A stretch of 38,377 nucleotides of DNA, from IMG/VR virus record IMGVR_UViG_2531839475_000013; one strand, written 5' to 3'. Positions within the stretch are counted from its first letter, which is position 1; each line of letters starts with the position of its first letter. The notes beneath the pieces are model-generated. The model ran no database searches. It was not told where the DNA came from and worked only from the letters and a program-made list of their open reading frames with translations. Of the stretch, positions 27,369 to 34,645 are shown in pieces. Made by a program: the position numbers and the translations under genes. Source of the stretch: a virus. Taxonomy: Duplodnaviria; Heunggongvirae; Uroviricota; Caudoviricetes.

Positions 27369-27394
27369 AAAATAAAGCCGCCATAGTTGGCGGC
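27369..27394 (-). terminator. intrinsic terminator upstream of TerS (GCCGCC-ATAGTT-GGCGGC, then TTTATTTT on minus strand)
   Basis: 6-bp GC stem followed on the minus strand by a T-run; sits between the last early gene and TerS (tR'-like position). Confidence 0.5.
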
Positions 27395-27435
27395 AGTATT
27401 CAAAACCCGTCAAATTCATCATGCATAATCTACTC

Positions 27436-27447
27436 GTGACATGTCAC
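27436..27447. repeat. perfect 12-bp palindrome GTGACATGTCAC (copy 3 of 3)
   Basis: Overlaps the stop codon of the zinc-ribbon gene, ~45 bp upstream (minus-strand sense) of the terminator before TerS. Confidence 0.8.
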
Positions 27448-27782
27448 ACTATTAATTTCGTTTCATGCCAGCCTTTAGTCACCCAGCATTGCGAGTCACC
27501 ATTACACGGGCATGAATTAACTGGAACTCTCTCGCCGCACTTACCGCAACGTTTTCTGCTGATCGATTTTATACGCCCGCGCACGCGTGCATCATCCTGG
27601 CGGATCAGTAACGCTACATACTCACCAAATTCGTAAGGCGCACGCCCGGGGCGACGCGTGGCACAGTTACGCTCCAGCATTTCAATTTCCTGAGCATCAA
27701 GCACAATTTCCAGCTTACGCACACCAGATGCAGCTTGTCTAGCTCTCTGAGCGGCTTTGCGCTCTGCTGCTGATTTAGCCAT
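27444..27782 (-). CDS. small basic protein with C-terminal Cys-rich zinc-ribbon-like motif (candidate late-gene regulator)
   Basis: 112 aa; Arg/Lys-rich N-terminus, C-terminal CGKCGERVPVNSCPCNGDSQC; last gene before the terminator/TerS junction. Confidence 0.35.
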   Translation of the reverse strand: MAKSAAERKAAQRARQAASGVRKLEIVLDAQEIEMLERNCATRRPGRAPYEFGEYVALLIRQDDARVRGRIKSISRKRCGKCGERVPVNSCPCNGDSQCWVTKGWHETKLIV

Positions 27783-28128
27783 TCTGATTTTCCTGCATCA
27801 TGAGAAATACAATCATGGCGGCTCGGAGTGGATTATTCGCATGAAAGCAAATGTTCTCGGCATTAAAAACAGCTGACCACTCACCGCGAGATTGGTGGCA
27901 GGTTAGACTGATTTTATTATCAACAATAATAGGCCATGCATCCGATGGATTATTGCAGTAGTCAGGTAAAGGGTTTAATGGCTCAAAAGTTGTATCAGCA
28001 TTTCCGTAATACCATTTGTTGGTGTTATTCCCTGATGTTTCCGGTTTACATGCCCAAAGGCCTTTAAAAATTATGTCTCCTACCATTCTGTTAATTTCAA
28101 AATCACTTAACTGTGAATAGTCCATCAT
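27775..28128 (-). CDS. conserved prophage protein (possibly DUF2591-like)
   Basis: Start at the ATG doublet (MMDYSQLSDFEINRMVGDII...) overlapping the upstream stop; 117 aa; family assignment from memory only. Confidence 0.4.
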   Translation of the reverse strand: MMDYSQLSDFEINRMVGDIIFKGLWACKPETSGNNTNKWYYGNADTTFEPLNPLPDYCNNPSDAWPIIVDNKISLTCHQSRGEWSAVFNAENICFHANNPLRAAMIVFLMMQENQNG

Positions 28129-28937
28129 TTCGCCTCCTGCGGCGGTTCTGGTAGCGGCATCCAGTGTGACGGTTTCCACGACGCACCAGGAATTATCCAC
28201 CCATCATTAGCGTCAGGATGCCCCGGGATGTAAGTCGCCCATTTCATTCGCCAGTCACCTTTCCTGTCAAACTCCCTGGCAACAAGAACGGCTGTTTTGC
28301 TATCCGGCATTTGCTCACTACAGCTTATCCAACCATCCGGAGTTACCGGATAGTTGCCATTTACATCGAAGTTTGGCTCTGCGTCCTGAACCAGGAGGAT
28401 GTAACCATTCTTGGCCGTATCAAGTTCTAACGCCTCGGTGACGGTGCCGAAATAGCGATTACCTAAATCAGCATCACAAGTGCTTACATCAATGGAAACT
28501 TCCATGCCTTCGATTAATTCTGGCAAGTTGTAAGCTTGGCTTACAGGTTCGGCTTCCAGTTCTGCTATGCGCTTATTTGCTGCTTCCAGCTCAACACGCA
28601 GCTTCCCTACCGTTAGCGCAATTTCCTCGTTCTCCTGGTCGCGGCGTTTGATGTATTGCTGGTTTCTTTCCAGCTCATCCAGCAGCGCCAAGACGGTAGC
28701 GGGATTGGCTGCGGCGATGAATTCAGCATTGGCCTGCTGTTCCATTTGGAAATCTTCATCGAAACCGCTTTCTGGATGCGCTCCTTCAATTCTGCAAATG
28801 GGAAGATATCCAACAACTTCACGATGAATTAGTGCATCACCAGCATCAAATCTCTCCTCTCCATATTCGAGCGACCACACACCACACGTTGCTTTTTCTG
28901 CCGCTTCACGCAGTGCCTGATAATCAATCTTGCTCAC
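28125..28937 (-). CDS. Ead/Ea22-like protein with C-terminal DUF551-like domain
   Basis: GTG start at 28937 with AAGGAGG RBS; coiled-coil middle region; C-terminus (WISCSEQMP...HWMPLPEPP) matches the DUF551 signature as I recall it. Confidence 0.5.
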   Translation of the reverse strand: MSKIDYQALREAAEKATCGVWSLEYGEERFDAGDALIHREVVGYLPICRIEGAHPESGFDEDFQMEQQANAEFIAAANPATVLALLDELERNQQYIKRRDQENEEIALTVGKLRVELEAANKRIAELEAEPVSQAYNLPELIEGMEVSIDVSTCDADLGNRYFGTVTEALELDTAKNGYILLVQDAEPNFDVNGNYPVTPDGWISCSEQMPDSKTAVLVAREFDRKGDWRMKWATYIPGHPDANDGWIIPGASWKPSHWMPLPEPPQEAK

Positions 28938-29226
28938 TGGTTGCCTCCTTTGCTGGGCTTTCGAATGTATCAAACTCAAACAACTTAACCACGTCATCAA
29001 ACAGGACATAATCGCCATCAGAATCTTCAGTCATGTCAGCGCCACAATCCTGAACGAACGAGTCACAACCATCCATATCAAGCTCGTATCGCTTCAGGTT
29101 TGCGATATTTGATAAATTCAGCGCCAGTACAGCCAGGTCATAAACCTCTTCGGCAGTGACATCGCTGTTCAGTCCCATTTCATGGCGATATATGATTTTT
29201 TCTACTCGTTGTTTTGTGATTGTCAT
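28924..29226 (-). CDS. hypothetical acidic early protein
   Basis: 100 aa, acidic C-terminus; start/stop overlaps with neighbours. Confidence 0.4.
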   Translation of the reverse strand: MTITKQRVEKIIYRHEMGLNSDVTAEEVYDLAVLALNLSNIANLKRYELDMDGCDSFVQDCGADMTEDSDGDYVLFDDVVKLFEFDTFESPAKEATSEQD

Positions 29227-29786
29227 TTTTGCTCGCCTCCCTGTTCTTCCAGAAAAATACGCATAGCCTCAAGCATCTCTTCGGTGTCATACGGTGACAA
29301 CTTGTCACGCAGGATGTGTTCAATGCTGTTAATGAACTTGCGGATTGCTTTGCGTTCAATTTCAGCCAGGAAAGCGTCGGTGGCTGGGGTTTCAACACGG
29401 ATGCTGTCGCGCAAGATGAAAAATGCATCAAGCATTCCAGCCTCCGGCACTTCATCCTGATGCTTCTCATACGCATCAAGAGCCTTCATCATCTCAGGTC
29501 CGAATGGTTGAGGGTGCGCAGACTTCAGCCCCGCATTCTCCGCCGCCAGCGCCGAAAACTTCTCGTGTGCCAACTTAACAGCTGCATCAGCCTGCTTAAT
29601 TGACTCAATCGCTCTCTGGTGGTCTTCGGCCAGCGCATTAGCACGCACCAGTTGCACTTCCAGTTGCGTTGCCAAATCGCTGATCAGCTTTGCCACACTG
29701 CGCATATCAACGGCGCCACATTCTGCTTTCAGTTCCGAAGCCATCTCATGCCCGGCGGTAACTAACCCTTTGATATTACTTTCCAT
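29223..29786 (-). CDS. hypothetical early protein (coiled-coil)
   Basis: 187 aa, largely helical; in the early-left gene block. Confidence 0.4.
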   Translation of the reverse strand: MESNIKGLVTAGHEMASELKAECGAVDMRSVAKLISDLATQLEVQLVRANALAEDHQRAIESIKQADAAVKLAHEKFSALAAENAGLKSAHPQPFGPEMMKALDAYEKHQDEVPEAGMLDAFFILRDSIRVETPATDAFLAEIERKAIRKFINSIEHILRDKLSPYDTEEMLEAMRIFLEEQGGEQK

Positions 29787-29847
29787 CTTTACCCTCGCTT
29801 ATCCACATAACTTATTGATTACATTGATAACTAAAAAGATCGTCGAT

Positions 29848-30192
29848 TCAGAACTCTTCGATGTTCCAGCCACCACCTGCTTTCTTTGGTTTAACCGTTA
29901 CCCCGATGATTCGGAACGGATACTGATCTGCGGCGACTTTGGTTTTCACCCTGGCGTCGTCGGTCCAGAAACCTTTCACTTCGTGTAGTTCCATCTCGCC
30001 GGTGGCGAGCATCACAGCAAAATCGGGCGTATAGAACGTGTTGTCAGCTAACCGCAGCTTGATACCCTCGAATCGATACCAGGCGATTTCCCCTGCACGT
30101 TTACGCTGCTCAAGGTGCTGGCAATACGCAGATTCTGTTTTGTTCATTTGGCCTGTTTTGAGTCGACCAAGAGCCTGTATCTGTTTTCTCAT
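29848..30192 (-). CDS. DUF1064/VRR-NUC-like small phage protein (putative nuclease fold)
   Basis: 114 aa with YTPDFAVM...ELHEVKG pattern resembling small phage nuclease-fold proteins; the operator 30196..30210 sits right at its start/RBS. Confidence 0.4.
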   Translation of the reverse strand: MRKQIQALGRLKTGQMNKTESAYCQHLEQRKRAGEIAWYRFEGIKLRLADNTFYTPDFAVMLATGEMELHEVKGFWTDDARVKTKVAADQYPFRIIGVTVKPKKAGGGWNIEEF

Positions 30193-30195
30193 GAT

Positions 30196-30271
30196 TTACC
30201 CCTTAGGTAATTAAAAACCACATAAGACATAAAATCAATAGAGATTAGAACATTTTATTACCCTGCAGGTA
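30196..30271. promoter_or_regulatory. pair of perfect operator palindromes (TTACCCCTTAGGTAA 30196..30210; TTACCCTGCAGGTAA 30257..30271)
   Basis: Two perfect TTACC-N5-GGTAA sites 61 bp apart between the P-like gene stop and the next early gene start; intervening AACCACATA motif also seen in the other modules. Confidence 0.55.
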
Positions 30272-30309
30272 ATCATGTAGGCGTAAAAAAATGCGCTATC
30301 GCGCTGGTA

Positions 30310-31110
30310 TTACTTGATAAATCCTGCCGCCTTTCCCCGCCTGTATTCCTCCATCAGCCACTGCGCCGGTGTTATTCCCCCAAGGGTAGCGGCGTTAGGC
30401 ATGCACCCGAAACTTCGCCCTGGTGGATGGTAAACGTCTCTCCCTGTGTCCGGAGGCGTACTCATTGGTTCTGGCTTTGCCTGTATGCTGATCACCGGAT
30501 CGGGTATCTGCTGTCCGGAAGCCACCTTTTTCGCCCAATCATCGAGCAGCCTGCGCGCGTGTTTCTCAACCTCAATCTCGCTAAGCTGGCGCTGATACAT
30601 TGCACGGCGGGTATCACATACGACCCAGTACATAACCGGATGTCGCCACGGGAATCTTTCGGGACCACCAGGATATAAACTTTTTTCCTTGCTGTACCGG
30701 TGAAACTCCGCCATCACATCGTCAATGGTGACGCCAAGAACCATCTTGCTGTCTTTACACCACTTGATGAATTGCCCTGGCGACGGCCAGAACGGAGATT
30801 CACTGGCGCGGGCGTGGCGCATACCAGCAGAAACCTGTTCACGGGTTCGGATCCCCCCTTCGGCAAACGCAGCAATCCACTGCTGTTTTGCAGCAACTTC
30901 CTGCTCTGGCGTCTTCAGGTTGGTTACCACTGCCGCCGGAAACAGTTGTTTCAGCTGTTTGAAAAGGGCATCAACAAGCCTCTCTGCTGACATGTTCACC
31001 ACGTTGTCATTGTTGGTGTACTGATGCTCATAACCTGACATGCGAGAAAGGGCTTCTCCGTCACGGTTTTGTATCGCGGTAAAAACGTTGTTCACAAGAA
31101 ATCCTCCCAT
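30310..31110 (-). CDS. replication protein P-like (helicase loader)
   Basis: Segment QQWIAAFAEGGIRTREQVSAGMRHARASESPFWPSPGQFIKWCKD aligns with lambda P (RRQWVLAFRENGITTMEQVNAGMRVARRQNRPFLPSPGQFVAWCRE) from memory. Confidence 0.75.
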   Translation of the reverse strand: MGGFLVNNVFTAIQNRDGEALSRMSGYEHQYTNNDNVVNMSAERLVDALFKQLKQLFPAAVVTNLKTPEQEVAAKQQWIAAFAEGGIRTREQVSAGMRHARASESPFWPSPGQFIKWCKDSKMVLGVTIDDVMAEFHRYSKEKSLYPGGPERFPWRHPVMYWVVCDTRRAMYQRQLSEIEVEKHARRLLDDWAKKVASGQQIPDPVISIQAKPEPMSTPPDTGRDVYHPPGRSFGCMPNAATLGGITPAQWLMEEYRRGKAAGFIK

Positions 31111-31883
31111 GCTTCAGGGCTGTTCCAGTGCGGAACGTTGTTATCAGGTAATGTTGATTGCTTCTGTCTGCTAATCTGCAGCCGCCTTGCCAGCTTCTGC
31201 TCCCACTGTGCCTGATGGTATGCCTTACCCTCAGCCATCCAGTAAATTCTGAACTCTGCAAGTTCCTGTGCCGTTGGCAGACTGTCCAGGTAGATTCCCT
31301 GCAATGAGCTTTTCCGAAGAAAGTCATCTGATGGTTGCCATTGTTCATGCATGACAAATTTGCCTAATTGCCCTGGCCCACCAGGAGGAACAAAGTTATT
31401 CATCACGGCGTTGTTTGCGCCGGGGTCATGAGGCACAGAATCCCCGGTTTTTGTCCTGCTCTCCCTCTCTTGGTTAAATGACTGGTTATATGACTGGTTC
31501 TGGATCCCGTTTTTGGGATCATTCAACATCCCGTTTTTGGGTATATTCCCGTTTTCGGGAACATTACCGTTTTCGGGTTCGTTACGTCCTTCTAGGTTGC
31601 CTTTAATGTTCCCTTTTTTGGTTATATTAAGAGAGAAAACCCGCACTCTTTTTGTCGCTCCCTTTCTCTCTCCGGTATCTGAAATAAGCCCCATTTTCAT
31701 GAGCGATATAAGCCCGGCCTGCACGGTTTTTTTATTCAGGCAAGTGTCTTTAACGAGGCGTTCTATGCTGGGGTAGCAGAGGTTATATTCATCGGCTCTG
31801 TCAGCCATCGAGAGCAGTATGAGCTTTAATGATGAGCTACCTGTATCTGTCTCCCAGGCCCAATCTGTTGCATGTCTGCTCAT
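31092..31883 (-). CDS. replication initiator (lambda O-like), origin iterons inside the gene
   Basis: 263 aa; N-terminal HTH-like region, central Asn/Gly-rich repeat linker encoded by the iterons, C-terminal domain; GGAG RBS; directly upstream of the P-like gene. Confidence 0.65.
   Translation of the reverse strand: MSRHATDWAWETDTGSSSLKLILLSMADRADEYNLCYPSIERLVKDTCLNKKTVQAGLISLMKMGLISDTGERKGATKRVRVFSLNITKKGNIKGNLEGRNEPENGNVPENGNIPKNGMLNDPKNGIQNQSYNQSFNQERESRTKTGDSVPHDPGANNAVMNNFVPPGGPGQLGKFVMHEQWQPSDDFLRKSSLQGIYLDSLPTAQELAEFRIYWMAEGKAYHQAQWEQKLARRLQISRQKQSTLPDNNVPHWNSPEAWEDFL
31504..31626. repeat. origin-type iterons (4-5 copies of ~17-bp (A/T)TCCCGTTTT(T/C)GGGA-like repeat) followed by an AT-rich tract
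   Basis: Repeats at 31504..31519, 31528..31544, 31547..31563, 31565..31581 and a degenerate copy at 31610..31626, inside the O-like gene. Confidence 0.65.
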
Positions 31884-31898
31884 GATTAATCTCCGCTA

Positions 31899-32099
31899 TC
31901 AGCTTGAGTGTTGTGGGGAGGAATTAATCATGATCTGCTTAATCTCTGCCCTGATGCGACGGTTTGATTCCATGGTGCACTCAACACAGTGTCCGTTGTA
32001 AACCCAGCGTTCACTGTCATGTCCGTGCTTACATGGTTTTCCGGTGTAGTAGCGTTTAAGTCCGCGCTTTGCGGCATCAATACGTGTAATGATTTCCAT
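31899..32099 (-). CDS. small Cys/His-containing protein (possible zinc-binding regulator)
   Basis: Start placed at the internal Met (MEIITRIDAAKRG...; 66 aa); contains CKHGH...CVEC; between the cro-proximal terminator and the O-like gene. Confidence 0.35.
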   Translation of the reverse strand: MEIITRIDAAKRGLKRYYTGKPCKHGHDSERWVYNGHCVECTMESNRRIRAEIKQIMINSSPQHSS

Positions 32100-32179
32100 G
32101 GTAAGCCCTGTTATTAGTATTGGGATTACGGTTATTTTGTGCTGACACAAAAAAAAGATCAACCATATTTGGTTTTTTA

Positions 32180-32194
32180 TTACCTTTGAGGTAC
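32180..32194. promoter_or_regulatory. operator-like palindrome TTACCTTTGAGGTAC
   Basis: One mismatch to TTACC-N5-GGTAA; preceded by ATTATT and an AACCATAT motif as at the other modules; upstream of the replication genes. Confidence 0.45.
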
Positions 32195-32200
32195 GAATAG

Positions 32201-32228
32201 ATATGAAAAGACCGCCGGATGGCGGTCT
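32201..32228 (-). terminator. intrinsic terminator downstream of the cro-like gene (AGACCGCC-GGAT-GGCGGTCT, then TTTTCATAT on minus strand)
   Basis: Perfect 8-bp stem with 4-nt loop, followed on the minus strand by a U-rich tract; tR1-like position. Confidence 0.6.
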
Positions 32229-32249
32229 ACAGAGGGTTGTGGCTGGATA

Positions 32250-32480
32250 TCATGAGTAGAAGAAGTATGCCAGTTCTGCTTTTGAGCGCAGCCATTGTCT
32301 TGATTTACAGGCTTTAAAAAGCCCATCCATCAATACCTTACCTGGCATTTTGCGCTTACCTGTTAAGTGAGTCTGGATATAGTGACTCGTCGTTCCGGCT
32401 TCCTGTGCGAAGGCTTCACGCTCATCCGGAGTAAGTGCAAGCCAGTGCTTTTTGAAATCGAAATGTCCGTTATTGCTCAT
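32250..32480 (-). CDS. Cro-like HTH regulator
   Basis: 76 aa, divergent from the repressor gene across an operator-rich 154-bp spacer; HTH-like segment FAQEAGTTSHYIQTHLTGKR. Confidence 0.55.
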   Translation of the reverse strand: MSNNGHFDFKKHWLALTPDEREAFAQEAGTTSHYIQTHLTGKRKMPGKVLMDGLFKACKSRQWLRSKAELAYFFYS

Positions 32481-32516
32481 AGCTATTGCCTGATATTTAT
32501 TTCAGATAATAAATAT

Positions 32517-32579
32517 TCACCTATAAGGTAACAAAAATCAAGGATAGTTACCCATGAGGTGCATTTACCTGTTGGGTAA
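32517..32579. promoter_or_regulatory. immunity-region operators: three TTACC-N5-GGTAA-type sites (32517..32531, 32548..32562, 32565..32579)
   Basis: TCACCTATAAGGTAA, TTACCCATGAGGTGC, TTACCTGTTGGGTAA in the spacer between the divergent cro-like and repressor genes. Confidence 0.6.
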
Positions 32580-32634
32580 TATTGCTTTAAATTGAATCAT
32601 CTTCTGATTCAGATATGAGGCGATTTTCCAGAAA

Positions 32635-33219
32635 ATGAAAAGTATCCAGGACGTCCGCAGGCAAAATCTCAACGACTTGATCGACCGTGAATTCAATGGT
32701 GTTCAGACGCGGATGGCTGAAAAACTTGGAACTCAGGCAAATCTGGTAAACCGCTGGGCTCTTGGCAAGAAGGTTATCGGCGACCAGGTTGCGCGAAAAA
32801 TTGAAGCTGCCGCCAATAAACCCCGTAACTGGCTTGATATCGATCGCTCGCTTTCTCAGGAAGGTTTTCAGCCTGTCGGACCAAGCGACATTGGTCAACT
32901 GGCGGCTCACAACCTGGAACGCTGGATGAGCGAAAGCCGCGACCTTTCAACGCAGGGAAAACTTCACCGCGCATCCGGCGTCGCCCAGGTGACAATCAGC
33001 CGCCTGTTAAACAATGAGGTCAGCGTTTCCATTTCCACCCTGGAGAATGTTGCATCCGCATTCGGGCGTCACGGCTATGAATTACTGATTCACCCGCACG
33101 ACCCTGCGACTATCAACTATGACCGCTCGCGCTACGCTTTGTTACCCGAAACCGAGAAAGCAAAGATCGAAAGTTACATTGAATTTGTCATCAACCAGAA
33201 CGAAAAAAACAAACAATAA
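32635..33219 (+). CDS. prophage repressor, two HTH domains, no S24 peptidase domain
   Basis: 194 aa; two HTH-like segments (TRMAEKLGTQANLVNRWALGKK and ASGVAQVTISRLLNNEVSVS); no Ala-Gly/Ser-Lys autocleavage module visible; little or no RBS, so possibly leaderless. Confidence 0.6.
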   Translation: MKSIQDVRRQNLNDLIDREFNGVQTRMAEKLGTQANLVNRWALGKKVIGDQVARKIEAAANKPRNWLDIDRSLSQEGFQPVGPSDIGQLAAHNLERWMSESRDLSTQGKLHRASGVAQVTISRLLNNEVSVSISTLENVASAFGRHGYELLIHPHDPATINYDRSRYALLPETEKAKIESYIEFVINQNEKNKQ

Positions 33220-33239
33220 AATCATATTTTTCAGTAAGT

Positions 33240-33265
33240 AAGCCGCCTTCTGGCGGCTTTTTTAT
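33240..33265 (+). terminator. intrinsic terminator after the repressor gene (AAGCCGCC-TTCT-GGCGGCTT then T-run)
   Basis: 8-bp stem, 4-nt loop, six T; 20 nt after the repressor stop. Confidence 0.7.
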
Positions 33266-33276
33266 TGCCTGTTCGA

Positions 33277-33353
33277 TTACCTAACGGGTAATTTTTTTAA
33301 CTCATATCTATTGACATCAAACCATATACGCATAATTATTACCTCAACGGTAA
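33277..33353 (+). promoter_or_regulatory. early promoter (-35 TTGACA 33311..33316) bracketed by two perfect operators (33277..33291 and 33339..33353)
   Basis: TTACCTAACGGGTAA and TTACCTCAACGGTAA; the proximal one overlaps the -10/+1 of a promoter driving the recombination operon. Confidence 0.55.
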
Positions 33354-33372
33354 CAGACCGAGGTAACAAGTT

Positions 33373-33525
33373 ATGCAGTGGAAAATCATCAACGGTTGGT
33401 ACTGCGTTACTGCATGCGGATTCATGAGCTGGAAGTTCCGCACCTTACAGGAAGGCATTAAATGGGCTTTCGTCAGCAAAGAAGCTCGCGATGTGGCCAA
33501 CGATAACGAGATATGGGAGGGCTGA
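33373..33525 (+). CDS. small ORF (50 aa), first in the recombination operon (hypothetical)
   Basis: Not in the ORF track (<60 aa); GAGGTAA RBS 6 nt upstream; Trp/Cys-containing peptide; stop 2 nt before the next start. Confidence 0.3.
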   Translation: MQWKIINGWYCVTACGFMSWKFRTLQEGIKWAFVSKEARDVANDNEIWEG

Positions 33526-33527
33526 TA

Positions 33528-33827
33528 ATGAACGTTAATCAGCAGAAAAATCTTCAAAAAATCATGCTGGCATTCGACAAGGACTACCGTCTGTCAGAAC
33601 AGCTATATGACCGACAAGTTGAACTGATTGAGAGTATCCGGCTTCATCAACTGGCATCAACTTTCGACGTTGTAACAGTTAAAGGCGTTCGCCAGGAAGT
33701 ACTGGAGGCCGCTAAAGACAGCCCTGAGTTCGAAGAACTAATGGATGCCTACCGGCGCGAGGCAATGGCAATTATCGCCCGCTGGGATCTGGCTGATCAG
33801 CTTGATGGGCAGAGGGACGCGGCATGA
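33528..33827 (+). CDS. hypothetical early protein
   Basis: 99 aa from the ATG at 33528 (RBS GGGAGGG); 4-nt overlap with the exonuclease gene. Confidence 0.4.
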   Translation: MNVNQQKNLQKIMLAFDKDYRLSEQLYDRQVELIESIRLHQLASTFDVVTVKGVRQEVLEAAKDSPEFEELMDAYRREAMAIIARWDLADQLDGQRDAA

Positions 33828-34645
33828 AACCGGGAATTTATTTCGACATCAGCAACGAAGACTACCACGCCGGTGACGGCGTGAGTAAGTCGCAACTGGA
33901 CATGGTTGCCAAGAATCCGGCGCTTCTTAAATGGGTTCAGGCAGCACCAGAAGACGAAGAGAAAAAGTCTGCACTGGATATGGGAACCGCATTGCACTGT
34001 CTGCTTCTGGAGCCTGGAGAGTTCGACAAACGCTTCATTGTTTCACCGAAATTCGATCGTCGGACGAAACAAGGTAAAGCTGACGAAGAGGAATTTCTTC
34101 GTGATGTGGCGGATATGGGGATTACGGTACTTGATGCCGAGCAGTGGCGGAAACTGGAGCTGATGCGTGATAGCGCAATGGCTCACCCGGCGGCACGCTG
34201 GATGCTGGAAGCACCTGGTTACTGCGAAGCATCAATGTACTGGAACGATGAAGAGACGGGGGAGTTGTGCCGAATTCGTCCAGACAAATGGCTGAACGAG
34301 CACAACGTGATCGTCGACGTGAAAAAGGTTGCAGATATGGACCGTTTTGCACGCCACATCGAGGAATTCCGCTACCACGTGCAGGACGCAATGTACCGCG
34401 AAGGCGCAATGAGGGTTACTGGTCAGCCGCATGGTTTTTTCTTTCTTGCCGTGAGCGAAAGCATTGATTGTGGTCGGTATCCGGTACGCGTGTTCGAGCT
34501 GGATGCGCAGGATGTCGATGCCGGGCACGCTCTGTTCCGCCGGGATCTGAATACCTATCACGAATGCCGCATCAATGATGAATGGGGCGGTGTGGAAATC
34601 ATTAAACGCCCTGAGTGGGCACGCAAACAGGATATGTACATATGA
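33824..34645 (+). CDS. RecE-like PD-(D/E)XK exonuclease
   Basis: 273 aa; resembles RecE C-terminal-type phage exonucleases; translationally coupled (ATGA) to the RecT gene. Confidence 0.6.
   Translation: MKPGIYFDISNEDYHAGDGVSKSQLDMVAKNPALLKWVQAAPEDEEKKSALDMGTALHCLLLEPGEFDKRFIVSPKFDRRTKQGKADEEEFLRDVADMGITVLDAEQWRKLELMRDSAMAHPAARWMLEAPGYCEASMYWNDEETGELCRIRPDKWLNEHNVIVDVKKVADMDRFARHIEEFRYHVQDAMYREGAMRVTGQPHGFFFLAVSESIDCGRYPVRVFELDAQDVDAGHALFRRDLNTYHECRINDEWGGVEIIKRPEWARKQDMYI

Noticed and set aside
27326-27403. ORF-track start of TerS at 27403
   Set aside because: The start codon is TTG with no RBS and would add a TITTTVTITT leader encoded by the direct repeat GTGGTAATAGT; the ATG doublet at 27325 gives a typical small-terminase N-terminus.
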